A stretch of 64,000 nucleotides of DNA from positions 340,581 to 404,580 of the forward strand of contig OZ241865.1 in assembly GCA_965203275.1 (NCBI GenBank), written 5' to 3'. Below the pieces are notes generated by a model. That model was given only the letters and a program-made list of their open reading frames with translations, made no database searches and was not told the origin of the DNA. This DNA comes from Bdellovibrionales bacterium (GTDB taxonomy: Bacteria > Bdellovibrionota > Bdellovibrionia > Bdellovibrionales > JAUICD01). Each line of letters opens with the position of its first letter. Position 1 is the first letter of the stretch. A program made the position numbers and the translations under genes. Shown here in pieces: positions 47,846-59,500 of this stretch.

Positions 47846-49945
47846 ATGAAGTTTCATCAATACTATTGGCAGCATTGGCAACAAAAATGTTCAAATCAAA
47901 TGAAAAAGGCCTCTCAAGGGCTTTTAAAATATTTATACAAATGCAAGTTCTTGTTTATATTACTCATCTTTGTTTATCTTTTCAGTGTTCATCTTTTAAA
48001 CAGCAATAAAGCTATTGCAGCTTCTTTAGATTGTCCCTTTTTGCATCCTATTATCACGGCTATGCTTCAAGATCATATTATACATAGTCAGATCACAGTC
48101 AATTTAGAGCATAAGACAATCGATCAATATATTAAATTTTTAGATAGCTCTAAAATTTACCTTCTCCAATCGGATGTCAATAGGATTAAAAGATTAATGA
48201 AAGGCATTTATAAAAACTTACAGCAACAGTCCTGTCAAACACTTATGACTATTCAGCAGATTTATTTGAAAAGAACAAAAGAGCGTATGGAATTTGCTCA
48301 AAGATTTTTAGGTAAAAACTACAAATTGAACTCAAAAGAGCAAATTCATTTAGATGCTTCTAAAAGAAAGTATCCTAAAACAAAAGCTCAATTAGAGAAT
48401 TTTCAAAAAAAGTATATTCATTTCCAGATGGCTAATTTTATGGTTGCTGATATGAATCTTAATGAAGCGAAACAGCAAGTTCTTAAGAGGTATCAAAGGG
48501 AATTTAACCAGCTTTCTAGTAGAAAGCCAGAAATTCTTTACGCTAATTTTTTGTATGCAGTCGCCAGAAGTCTTGATCCACACTCTGACTTTCTCTCTAA
48601 AGATCGCTTAGAGGATTTTGAAATGCAGATGAAGTTATTTTTAGAAGGCATAGGAGCTTCTTTAAGCTCTGAAAATGGTTACACTGTGATAGAAAATCTT
48701 ATAAAAGGTGGAGCTGCGGAAGCTTCTGGTCTTTTAGAAGTAGAAGATAAAATTTTAGCTGTTGCTCAAGGAACCAAAGGTTCTTTTGTCCCTATTATTG
48801 ACATGCCCCTCAACGAGGTTGTGCAGTTGATTCGAGGACCTAAAGGCACAAAAGTACGTTTAAAGATTCTACGCCCTGTACCGGGTAAAAAGCCAAAACA
48901 TTTTCAAATCACACTCATACGTCGCAAAATTAACTTAGAAGAAAATGCTGCAAGTATTCGCTATGTTGATCATGTCAATAAAACTTCTAAAAAGAGAAAA
49001 AAGAAAATTTCTGTTTTAGATTTACCTTCATTTTACCTGGATTCTCAGAGAAAAGGCCGGTCCTCCTATAAGGATGTTAAAAAACTTCTTCAACAAGTAA
49101 GAAAAAGAAAAGCTGATGGCTTGGTTTTGGATTTATCTTCAAATGGTGGTGGCAGTTTGACAGAAGCAGTGAAGGTGGCAGGGCTTTTCTTTAAAACTGG
49201 TAATGTCGTAAAAACATCTGGGAAAACTCGAAATATGACAACATCCGAAATATTAAGTGACAAGGATACTCAGGTCGATTATGCAGGACCTCTTGTGATT
49301 TTAACCAGCCGATTGAGTGCCAGTGCCTCTGAAATTGTTGCAGGAGCTTTACAAGATTATGGACGTGCTGTGATTGCAGGAGCTGATCATACGTATGGCA
49401 AAGGAAGTGTGCAGTCTGTGATCAATTTATCTAAAGACATTGGAGCTTTTAAAATTACAATGGGTATGTTTTTTATCCCAGGGGGAGGATCCACACAGCA
49501 TACAGGAGTGATCTCTGATATTATTTTCCCCAGTGTTTATGCCAGAGAAGATGTTGGAGAGCAGTATTTAGATTATTCTTTACCTCCTAAAAAAATTAAA
49601 CCTTTTATTTCTCAAACAGCTTTTGTAGATAAAGGGCGTCAAGCTTGGAAAAAAGTGACAAAAAGTATTTTAAAAAAATTAGCTCATCAATCTCAAAGAC
49701 GAATAGGTAAGAGCAAGGATTTTAAGGAAATTCAAGATGAAATTAAAAAGAATAAAGAACGTGATCATATTATTCATATATCAGAAATTTTAAATGAAAA
49801 TGAAGACTTGAAAGAGAAAAAAGAAATTGCAAAACAAAAACGACGTGATCCTGATTTTAAAGAGAAAGAATACATGAAAAGAGCCGATATTAAAGAAGCT
49901 GTCAATATTGCAGCAGATCTTGCTGACTTATTGCATTCAAAGTAG
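47846..49945 (+). CDS. prc: tail-specific (C-terminal processing) protease, S41 family
   Basis: GGAG SD 8 nt upstream. PDZ region GIGASLSSENGYTVIENLIKGGAAEASG. Catalytic region LDLSSNGGGSL, LTSRLSASASEIVAGALQDYGRAVIAG..TYGKGSVQ. Confidence 0.9.
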   Translation: MKFHQYYWQHWQQKCSNQMKKASQGLLKYLYKCKFLFILLIFVYLFSVHLLNSNKAIAASLDCPFLHPIITAMLQDHIIHSQITVNLEHKTIDQYIKFLDSSKIYLLQSDVNRIKRLMKGIYKNLQQQSCQTLMTIQQIYLKRTKERMEFAQRFLGKNYKLNSKEQIHLDASKRKYPKTKAQLENFQKKYIHFQMANFMVADMNLNEAKQQVLKRYQREFNQLSSRKPEILYANFLYAVARSLDPHSDFLSKDRLEDFEMQMKLFLEGIGASLSSENGYTVIENLIKGGAAEASGLLEVEDKILAVAQGTKGSFVPIIDMPLNEVVQLIRGPKGTKVRLKILRPVPGKKPKHFQITLIRRKINLEENAASIRYVDHVNKTSKKRKKKISVLDLPSFYLDSQRKGRSSYKDVKKLLQQVRKRKADGLVLDLSSNGGGSLTEAVKVAGLFFKTGNVVKTSGKTRNMTTSEILSDKDTQVDYAGPLVILTSRLSASASEIVAGALQDYGRAVIAGADHTYGKGSVQSVINLSKDIGAFKITMGMFFIPGGGSTQHTGVISDIIFPSVYAREDVGEQYLDYSLPPKKIKPFISQTAFVDKGRQAWKKVTKSILKKLAHQSQRRIGKSKDFKEIQDEIKKNKERDHIIHISEILNENEDLKEKKEIAKQKRRDPDFKEKEYMKRADIKEAVNIAADLADLLHSK

Positions 49946-49967
49946 TTTGATGTCTCATTGCTTTTTT

Positions 49968-50073
49968 AGGGGAGGGGGGTGAGAAAAAAGGGGAGTGGGG
50001 TAGATAAGAAAAAGGGGGATGAGAAAAGGGGGATGAGAAAAAAGGGGGATGAGAAAAAAAGGGAGTGAGGAAT
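49968..50073. repeat. polypurine G-tract tandem repeat (GGGGGATGAGAAAA-like units)
   Basis: AGGGGAGGGGGGTGAGAAAAAAGGGGAGTGGGGTAGATAAGAAAAAGGGGGATGAGAAAAGGGGGATGAGAAAAAAGGGGGATGAGAAAAAAAGGGAGTGAGG. The plus strand has no C at all and at least 8 runs of 4 or more G. Confidence 0.9.
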
Positions 50074-50141
50074 ACAAATCAAAAGTATAGAATTTGAAAT
50101 TTATAAAGCCAAGCTCTTCTTAAAACTTATAAAATGCAACT

Positions 50142-50498
50142 ATGAATGAGCAAAATCACACAAATAAATTATTTGGATATTTTCCAAACGAATTTGTCAA
50201 GAAAGATAGCATCAAACCTATTATTAGCTGTCTTATAGTTATCTCTACTATGATGCTGATAGTTTTTGCTAAAATGGAAGTTCGTAGGCTTGGGTATGCT
50301 GTTTTTAAACTCACAAAAACAGAACACCAAATGACAGATGCCTACCGTAAAAAACAAATTTTTCTGGCAGGACTGAATAGACCTGAACGTATTGAACACC
50401 TTGCTCGTGAAAAACTTCATCTTAAAAAAGCTAGAAAAGATCAAATCATCCAGCTTGTTGCAGAACAAACAGCCCTCAGATACTCAACAGATCATTAA
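50142..50498 (+). CDS. ftsL: cell division protein FtsL-like
   Basis: 118 aa with one TM segment (IISCLIVISTMMLIVFA) and a coiled-coil periplasmic tail ending ..RPERIEHLAREKLHLKKARKDQI, the typical FtsL C-terminal motif. Confidence 0.6.
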   Translation: MNEQNHTNKLFGYFPNEFVKKDSIKPIISCLIVISTMMLIVFAKMEVRRLGYAVFKLTKTEHQMTDAYRKKQIFLAGLNRPERIEHLAREKLHLKKARKDQIIQLVAEQTALRYSTDH

Positions 50499-50508
50499 CT
50501 CTTTTTCT

Positions 50509-51130
50509 CTCACTAAAAATAAACCAGCCTCTGGCTGTTTTTGGGCATTGCTCTGACAGCTTACGCTGTCTAAAAAGAGCAATGTCGTTGCTTCACTAAA
50601 AGTGGTCTGACCTCTGGTCACTTTCTGGCGATGACCACGATGGCTTTCGCCATCGGTAAAATGGTCATCGCCTAGAAAGCTTGACCACTTTTAGTAGGAA
50701 GGATATCTTCGTTCCTTAACTCCATGTTAAGGAAAACGTTCTTTCTTACACCTGCTTGCCGGGTTGCCGGATCCCAGATCCCGGATAAACACGATGTTAA
50801 GGAAACAGAGTTTCATTTTTTTATTTTTTTTTTATTCTCTTTTAGATTCTGCGTAACTCTCAAAAAAAAGTAATTAAGAGGAGGATGGGGCAACGGGAGG
50901 CTGAAGATCTTCCGCAAATTGAGCTTGCTCCTTAAAAGCAAGCTCAATTGAGGACTTCGGAAGGCTCCCGTTGCCCCATCCTCAAGTAAAAACAAAATGG
51001 AAAAGCAGAATCGAAGGGCGGTGGGTGGGGTTAGGGAGAATCCTCTTGTCTCTTGACTACATGTTAGGGAAACAAAACGCCTTTCCTGCCTGATGCCGGG
51101 TTGCCGGATCTCAGATCCCGGATAAACACG
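50509..51130. repeat. intergenic palindromic-repeat mosaic (block I) enclosing a unique 103-nt GC-rich hairpin (50881-50983)
   Basis: Two palindromic modules, GC islets at about 50755-50790 and 51090-51125, and CTTAACAT modules. Confidence 0.85.
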
Positions 51131-51138
51131 CAAGATGT

Positions 51139-51444
51139 TCACTTCTTTTTATTTTTGCTCTCTTGACTCCTTTTACTTTTATTTTTTGCTTCTTTGATAG
51201 CTGCTAACATTCTGCTACTGGGTACAGTTGCAGAAACGTTGTTGCCTGCTTCAATTTTGAAGTACTCAGGAATTGATTTTCTTGAGACAACTGTGCGACG
51301 ACCTCCTCTTTGAGAAAGAGTTACTGTATCTTTATCAAATTTTATAATCCTTCCTGTAATTGTCGCATTTTTATAAATTCCTGCAAAAACAGGAGTTATA
51401 CACAAAATAATTCCTCCGGTAATTAAAATTATTAAAGTCTTCAT
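51139..51444 (-). CDS. small secreted hypothetical protein (101 aa)
   Basis: AAGGAGG SD. Signal peptide MKTLIILITGGIILCITPVFA. Lys-rich tail. Confidence 0.6.
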   Translation of the reverse strand: MKTLIILITGGIILCITPVFAGIYKNATITGRIIKFDKDTVTLSQRGGRRTVVSRKSIPEYFKIEAGNNVSATVPSSRMLAAIKEAKNKSKRSQESKNKKK

Positions 51445-51477
51445 TGTTTAATCCTCCTTAGGTTGTTTCTTCGTTTG

Positions 51478-52431
51478 TTAAAAAGCTCCCCTTCCCCTTC
51501 TTCTACTTGGAGTTTCTGGCCATGAAGGTGGTTGTGCTACTATTGCATCTTCTTCTACTACTCCTCTATCAACTTTTGTTCCTGCTTCATGTATACAATC
51601 AATTGCTGTTGGACATTTACCATTTCTAAGACGAGAACATGAAGCAAAATTAGAATACGCATTCCTTCCCTCACGAGTGAATCCAATATCACACTGAACG
51701 TATGAAGCACATAACTGAGTTGTTCCACAGCCATTGTTGCTAATAAGATAAGGATCTATATCAATAGTGTCTATACTATAAGGAATATCATACCCAATAT
51801 AACGACAGTTAATGAGATCTCTAGTTGAACTGGGGGTACGATTACGAGTTGGACTAGAGTTATTATTACTGATAATATCGCGTATTGTACCCATTCGGCT
51901 ACTGGGAAGGAGATCTTTCTTGCTGTAAAAGTATGTATCATTCCTTAGTCCATATCCCCCTTCTGCAACTTCAATTTGATCTTCACGGTCTAATATTATG
52001 TCTTTTTCTGCTAGTTGATCCATAACCCACCGATTTTCGCGTAAGGGAATATTATAATAATTCTTGATTGGCCCTGCTACGTCTGCATCTCTTTTGCCAA
52101 TGTTAAGATGAACGATCTCTCTTTTTCTAGTACGAGGATTAGTGATTAGCAGTCCTAAACTACTAAGCTTTGTCTCATTATCAATATAGCCACTCGCACC
52201 TTCACAGTTCATTCTCACCGATCTCGATGATGACGACGCACAAGAAGATGTCGAACCTATGAGTCTAGGACATCTTGACTGGACTACATCAACATATTCA
52301 TCACAATACACAGCACTTACTCTTGCCTGTACAACAGAACTCAAACCCACTACACTGCAAAATGACAGAATAGCTGGTAATAAAGATTTTGATTGCATTA
52401 TTTTCCAAAATAAATATTTTAACTTTTTCAT
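51478..52431 (-). CDS. secreted Cys-rich hypothetical protein (317 aa)
   Basis: AAGGAGGA SD. Signal peptide ending ..VVQA. About 16 Cys residues. No family recognised. Probably co-transcribed with 51139-51444. Confidence 0.65.
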   Translation of the reverse strand: MKKLKYLFWKIMQSKSLLPAILSFCSVVGLSSVVQARVSAVYCDEYVDVVQSRCPRLIGSTSSCASSSSRSVRMNCEGASGYIDNETKLSSLGLLITNPRTRKREIVHLNIGKRDADVAGPIKNYYNIPLRENRWVMDQLAEKDIILDREDQIEVAEGGYGLRNDTYFYSKKDLLPSSRMGTIRDIISNNNSSPTRNRTPSSTRDLINCRYIGYDIPYSIDTIDIDPYLISNNGCGTTQLCASYVQCDIGFTREGRNAYSNFASCSRLRNGKCPTAIDCIHEAGTKVDRGVVEEDAIVAQPPSWPETPSRRRGRGAF

Positions 52432-52448
52432 TTTTAAATCCTCCTTTG

Positions 52449-52895
52449 GCTCACTAAAAGTAAACTAGCCGCTGGCTACTTTTGGGTAGCCAGCCCGACG
52501 ACTCTCGTCGTCGATCAAAGGCTGGCTACCTCAAAAGTCCGTTTACTTTTAGTAGAAAGGATCCTTTCGTCTCTTAACACCATGTTAAGGAGTTTGTTTC
52601 ACTAAAAGTAAACCAACCTCTGGTTGCTTTTGGACATTGCTCTGACAGCTATCGCTGTCTAAAAAGAGCAATGTCTCAAAAGTCCGTTTACTTTTAGTAG
52701 AAAGGATACTTTCCTCTTTTAACTACATGTTAAGGAAACAATTCCTTCTTACACCTGCTTACCGGATCCCAGATCCCGGATAAACATCATGTTAAGGAAA
52801 CAAGGTGTTCGTTTCATCTTCCTTTTCCTTTTATTGCCGGACTGCCTGTCTACCGGATCCCGGATGAACACTATGTTAAGGAAAAAGTTCCTTCA
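52449..52895. repeat. intergenic palindromic-repeat mosaic (block J)
   Basis: Two palindromic modules plus GC islets at about 52765-52790 and 52845-52865. Confidence 0.9.
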
Positions 52896-53032
52896 TCAGA
52901 TATGTTTCATTTTGAAACATACTCATTAAGAATGATCTTTGATTAAGTAAGAAATATAATAAGAAATAAGAAATAGTTTGCTGGTGGATAAATTATAAAA
53001 AAAGGCTAAATACCTAGAAAACCCTTTATTGC

Positions 53033-53078
<46 letters not shown>

Positions 53079-53204
53079 AACCTTTCAGTGAAATTTGTTG
53101 TCATAAATAAACCACCTTTCACTATTATTATCGGCTAAAATACTTTTACCACTTTAATTTTATTTAAAATTTAGGCTTTTGTCTTACTTAAAAGCATGTC
53201 TTGT

Positions 53205-53572
53205 CTCACTAAAAATAAACCAGCCGTTTGCTTCACTAAAAGTAAACCAACCTCTGGTTGCTTTTTGGCGATGACCACGACGACTTTCGTCGTCGATAAA
53301 ATGGTCATCACCTCAAAAGTCCGTTTACTTTTAGTAGAAAGGATCCTCTCCTCTTTTAACACCATGTTAAGGAAAAAGAACTTCATTCGTAAACCCGCTT
53401 GCTCTTGAGGTAATAAAAGAAATTTTCCTTAACATAGTGTAAAGGAATAAAAGGATCCTCCCTACTCAAAATAAATAGATTTTCTAGGCAGTTAGCCTTT
53501 GATCGACGGCGGTAGCCGTCGGGCTAACTGCCATAAAACATGCCAGAGGCATGATTTATTTTGAGTGAAATG
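53205..53572. repeat. intergenic palindromic-repeat mosaic (block K)
   Basis: Three palindromic modules directly downstream of the giant gene. Confidence 0.9.
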
Positions 53573-53582
53573 TTATTGCTGA

Positions 53583-56500
53583 CTATCCTCTAGGTATTCC
53601 ATCAGGCATTTCACTTGGTATATTGGGGCGATTATCATGCCATATAATACAGCGGAAAATATGAAGTCGACATATTAAAGCCCGACGACAACTCACACTA
53701 CTTCCTCCATGTTGCCCTACACATTTCCATCTATGAAACTCATCACGTTCAGTTACATCCTGAATAGCTCCTGAGCGACAACCATGACCTCTTGGTTTTG
53801 TGTTACATTTACCATTGATAGGTCTATTTCTCTGACAAGATTGATTTGTGCCACCATTGAGTCCTTCACAAGTCCATCTAAATAGATCATCTGTATCTGC
53901 ATGTCCGTTGGGATTAGATCTTCCTGCAGAACAAGCATATTTTTGAGCGGTATTACATACACCGTTTATAGTTTTAGGTTTTTGACAATTCGTCGCTGTT
54001 GTTCCACCATGTTCTCCTACACAATGCCACTTATAATCTGTGCGGGTATCGGCAATGGCATTGTCATTGGCTTGCCCACTTTGACAACCATTGCGTACTT
54101 CGTTGTTGCAAGCCCCATTGACAGGTTTGTGTTTTTGACAATTCGTCGCTGTTGTTCCACCATGCTGTCCCACACATTGCCACTTATAATGCATATCTGT
54201 ATCTTCAATGGCACCATCGTTAGCCTGTCCGGCTTGACAACCATTGCGTACATCATTATTGCAAGCTCCATTGACAGGTTTGCGTTTTTGACAATTCGTC
54301 GCTGTTGTTCCACCATGTTGCCCTACACAATGCCACTTATAATCTGTGCGGGTATCAGCAATAGCGTTGTCATTGGCCTGTCCAGTTCGGCAACTATTTC
54401 TAACAGCATTATTGCAAGCCCCATTGACAGGTTTTAGTTTTTGACAATTACTGACTGTTGTTCCACCATGTTGTCCTACACATTGCCATTTATAATGCAG
54501 GTCTGTATCGGCAATGGCATTGTCATTGGCTTGCCCTACTCGACAACCATTTCGAACAGCATTATTGCAAGCTCCATTGACAGGTTTGCGTTTTTGACAA
54601 TTCGTCGCAGTTGTTCCACCATATTGTCCTACACATTGCCATTTATAATGCATGTCTGTATCTGCTGCATCTTTGAGCGAACCACTTTGACAACTATTTC
54701 GGACAGCGTTATGGCAGGCACCATTGACAGGTTTGCGTTTTTGACAATTAGTCGCTGACGTTCCACCATGTTGTCCTACACATTGCCATTTATAATGCAG
54801 GTCTGTATCTGCTACATCTTTGAGCGAACCACTTTGACAACTATTTCGAACAGCATTATTGCAGGCACCATTAACAGGTTTGAGTTTTTGACAATTAGTC
54901 GCTGTTGTTCCGCCATGTTGTCCTACACATTGCCATTGATAATGTGTATCTGAATCTGCTAGATCTTTAAGCAGACCAGTTTGACAACGATTTTGAATAG
55001 CATTGTTACAAGCTCCATTGATTGGTTTAAGTTTTTGGCAATTTGTAACTGTTTGTCCGCCATGTTGTCCTATACACTGCCATTGATAATGTGTATCTGA
55101 ATCTGCTACATCTTTGAGCAAACCAGTTTGACAACGATTTTGAACAGCATTATTGCAAGCCCCATTAACAGGTTTGCGTTTTTGACAATTAGTCGCCGTT
55201 GTTCCACCATGTTGCCCTACACAATGCCACTTATAATCTGTGCGGGTATCAGCAATGGCATTGTCATTGGCCTGTCCAGTTCGACAGCCATTTTGAACAG
55301 CATTATTGCAAGCTCCATTAACAGGTTTGCGTTTTTGACAATTCGTCGCCGTTGTTCCGCCATGTTGTCCTACACAATGCCACTTATAATGCAGGTCTGT
55401 ATCTGCAATGGCATTGTCATTGGCCTGCCCAGCTTGACAACCATTTTGGAGGGCATTATTGCAAGCCCCATTGACAGGTTTGCGTTTTTGACAGGTTGTA
55501 GCTGTTCCACCATGTTGTCCTATACATTGCCACTTATAATGCATATCTGTACTAGCTATATTACGACTACTGGCTTGTCCAGCTTGACAACCATTGCGTA
55601 TGTTATTATTGCAAGCCCCATTGACAGGTTTGAGTTTCTGGCAGTTAGTGGCACTTCTTCCGCCGTGTTGTCCTACACATTGCCATTGATAATGTGTATC
55701 TGAATCTGCTACATCTTTGAGCGAACCACTTTGACAACCATTTCGAACAGCATTATTACAAGCCCCATTGACGGGTTTAAGTTTTTGGCAATTTGTAACT
55801 GTTTGTCCGCCATGTTGTCCTACACAATGCCACTTATAATGTGTGTTGCTATCGGCAATGGCATTGTCATTGGCTTGCCCTGTTCGACAGCCATTTTGAA
55901 CTGCATTATTGCAAGCTCCATTGACAGGTTTGAGTTTTTGACAGGTGGTGGCTGTTGTTCCACCATGTTGCCCTACACAATGCCACTTATAATGTGTGTT
56001 GCTATCGGCAATGGCGTTGTCATTGGCTTGCCCTGTTCGGCAACCATTTTGAACAGCATTATTACATGCTCCATTGACAGGTTTTAGTTTTTGACAGGTA
56101 GTGACTGTTGTTCCCCCATGTTGCCCTATACATTGCCATTGATAATGTGTATCTGTACTAGCTATGTTACGGGCTTGTCCAGCTTGACAACCATTGCGTA
56201 CGTTATTATTACAAGCCCCATTGACAGGTTTTGATTTTTGACAATTAGTCGCCGTTGTTCCGCCATGTTGCCCTACACAATGCCACTTATAATCTGTGCG
56301 GGTATCGGCAATGGCATTGTCATTGGCTTGCCCTGTTCGGCAACCATTTTGAACAGCATTATTACATGCTCCATTGACAGGTTTTAGTTTTTGACAATTA
56401 GTTGCTGTTGTTCCACCATGTTGCCCTACACAATGCCATTTATAATCTGTGCTGGTATCGGCAATAGCATTGCTATTGGCTTGTCCAGTTCGACAGCCAT

Positions 56501-59500
56501 TTTGAACAGCATTATTGCAAGCTCCATTGATTGGTTTGAGTTTTTGACAGGTGGTGGCTGTTGTTCCGCCATGTTGTCCTACACATTGCCACTTATAATG
56601 TGTGCTACTGTCGGCAATGGCATTGCTATTGGCTTGCCCTGTTCGGCAACCATTTTGAACAGTATTATTACAAGCTCCATTGACAGGTTTTAGTTTTTGA
56701 CAATTACTAGCCGTTGTTCCGCCATGTTGCCCTACACAATGCCACTTATAATGTGTGTTGCTGTCAGCAATAGCATTGCTATTGGCTTGTCCAGTTCGAC
56801 AGCCATTTTGAACGGCATTGTTACAAGCTCCATTGACAGGTTTGAATTTCTGGCAGTTAGTGGCACTTCTTCCGCCATGTTGTCCTACGCACTGCCATTT
56901 ATAATGTGTATCTGAATCTGCCACATCTTTAAGCAAGCCAGCTTGACAACGATTTTGAACAGCATTATTACAAGCTCCATTGATGGGTTTAAGTTTTTGA
57001 CAGGTAGTGACTGTTGTTCCACCATGTTGCCCTATACATTGCCATTTATAATGTGTATCTGAATCTGCTACATCCTTGAGCAGACCAGTTTGGCAACGAT
57101 TTCGAACTGCATTATTGCAAGCTCCATTGATGGGTTTGAGTTTTTGACAAGTGGTGACATTTGTTCCGCCGTGTTGTCCTACACAATGCCACTTATAATG
57201 TGTGTTGGTATCAGCAATAGCATTGCTATTAGCTTGTCCAGTTCGACAGCCATTTCGAACTGCATTATTGCAGGCTCCATTAACAGGTTTTGCTTTTTGG
57301 CAATCTGTAGCTGCTCTTCCTCCATGTTGCCCTACACATTGCCACTTATAATGTGTATCTGAATCTGCTACATCCTTGAGCAGGCCAGTTTGACAACGAT
57401 TTTGAACAGCATTATTGCAAGCCCCATTGATAGGCTTGAGTTTTTGACAATTAGTAACAGTTGTTCCACCATGTTGCCCTAAACAATGCCACTTATAATG
57501 TGTATTGGTGTCAGCAATAGCATTGTCATTGGCTTGTCCTACTCGGCAACCATTTTGAACAGCATTATTGCAAGCCCCATTGACAGGCTTAATTTTTTGA
57601 CAATTTTCTGCATTTTGTCCATTTCGGCCCACACACTGCCATTTATAATGTGTGTCGGTATCGTGTGTGTCATTTAATTTGCCTGCTTGACAATCATTTG
57701 TAATGGCATTATTACATTGTCCATGTTCAGATATAGAAAACTGACAATTACTATCCGTTGTTCCACCATTTCTGCCAACACAATCCCACTTATGAAATCC
57801 ATTAGCATTGGGTTTGCGTTGAGCCGTACCTGATAAACAACGATCTCTTTGTGTATTGTCACAACGGCCATTATTTGTGTTCCATTGACAGGAGGCAGTT
57901 GTTCCACCACGTTGTCCTTCACAAGACCACTTCTTTATATTAGGATTTTGACGATCAAAACCTGCATTGACGAATTTACCACTTTGGCAATTAAGAGTTA
58001 AATAATTACAGGCTCCATGTACTGGTTTTATTTTTTGACAATTAATGGCTGTTGTTCCGCCATGTTGCCCCAGACATTTCCATCTATAATGTGTACTGGT
58101 ATCATCAATGGCACTGTCATCAGCTTGCCCAACTCGGCAACCATTTTGAACAGTATTATTGCAAGCCCCATTGACAGGTTTTATTTTTTGACAATTAATG
58201 GCCGTTGTTCCGCCATGTAAACCTGCACAATGCCACCTATAATGTGTGTTGGTATCAGCAATAGCATTGTCATTGGCTTGCCCTGCTCGACAACCATTTT
58301 GAACAGCATTATTACAAACTCCATTGCTTGGCTTTAATTTTTGACAATTAATGGCTGTTGTTCCGCCATGTTGCCCTACACATTGCCATCTATAATGAGT
58401 GTTGGTATCAGCAATAGCATTGTCATTGGCTTGTCCTACCCGACAACCATTTTGAACGGCATTATTGCAAGTTCCATTAATTGGTTTTATTTTTTGACAA
58501 TTAATGGCTGTTGTTCCACCATGTTGTCCTACACAATGCCACTTATAATGTGTGCGGGTATCAGCAAGAGCATTGTCATTAGCTTGCCCTGCCCGACAAC
58601 CATTTTGAACAGCATTATTACAAACTCCATTGATTGCTTTTAGTTTTTGACAATTGGTAGCCGTTGTTCCGCCATGTTGCCCTACACAATGCCATCTGTA
58701 ATGAGTGTCTGTATCAGCAATGACATTGTCATTTGATTGCCCTTTTTGACAGCCATTTTGAACGGCATTATTACAAGCTCCATGGACAGCTTTAAATTTT
58801 TGACAATTGGTAGCTGTTGTTCCGCCATGTTGCCCTACACAATGCCACCTGTAATGGGTGTCTGTGTCAACAACAGCATTGTCATTGGCTTGACCTTTTT
58901 GACAGCCATTTTGAACGGCATTGTGACAGACTCCATTAATTGGTTCATTTTCACTATTAAGTGCAACAGATCCCCTTTGACATGTATGATGACTTGGTCT
59001 GTCTTCTGCAGTTCCAAAAAAGCAAATATCTTCATCTGTCGGACAATAACTATAATAAGCTTGCTGGTAAGATGAATCTCCTTTGATGGCTGTGACCTCT
59101 ATTTCAAATTCTTGACATTCTCTGCTTGATATAGAATATAAAGGAGCAAAATTCTGCTTGGGATCTTCTATAGATCTTCTTTTGTCATCACCTGTTGTAG
59201 TTGTAGGAAACATATCAACTCTGCCATTAACACAGTTGATAGGGTATATCTGTGAGCCTTTTTGAAAAGAACAACTATCTGCTGCTGCAATATCAACTGC
59301 TATATACTGAGAAGATAATCTATCGTGTTTATAGATGGCATTACTTTCTAAAGACATAATAGCATTCTGTCCATCACTATCTAAAATAAGAGGCGGATTA
59401 AAATAAGGAGATGTATCTTCAGTGACTTGAAGTGTTTTTTGTCTGTAAACAGTACATTGACTCTCTGAAGATTCTACAGGATTGGCTTTGACTTCTAGGA

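Noticed and set aside
53753-59075. About 20 track ORFs of 60-190 aa on the plus strand or in other minus frames inside 53583-60251.
   Set aside because: They lie antisense or out of frame to the 2222-aa gene. They recur with the 147-153-nt repeat period and have no starts with an SD, so they are artefacts of the coding tandem repeat.
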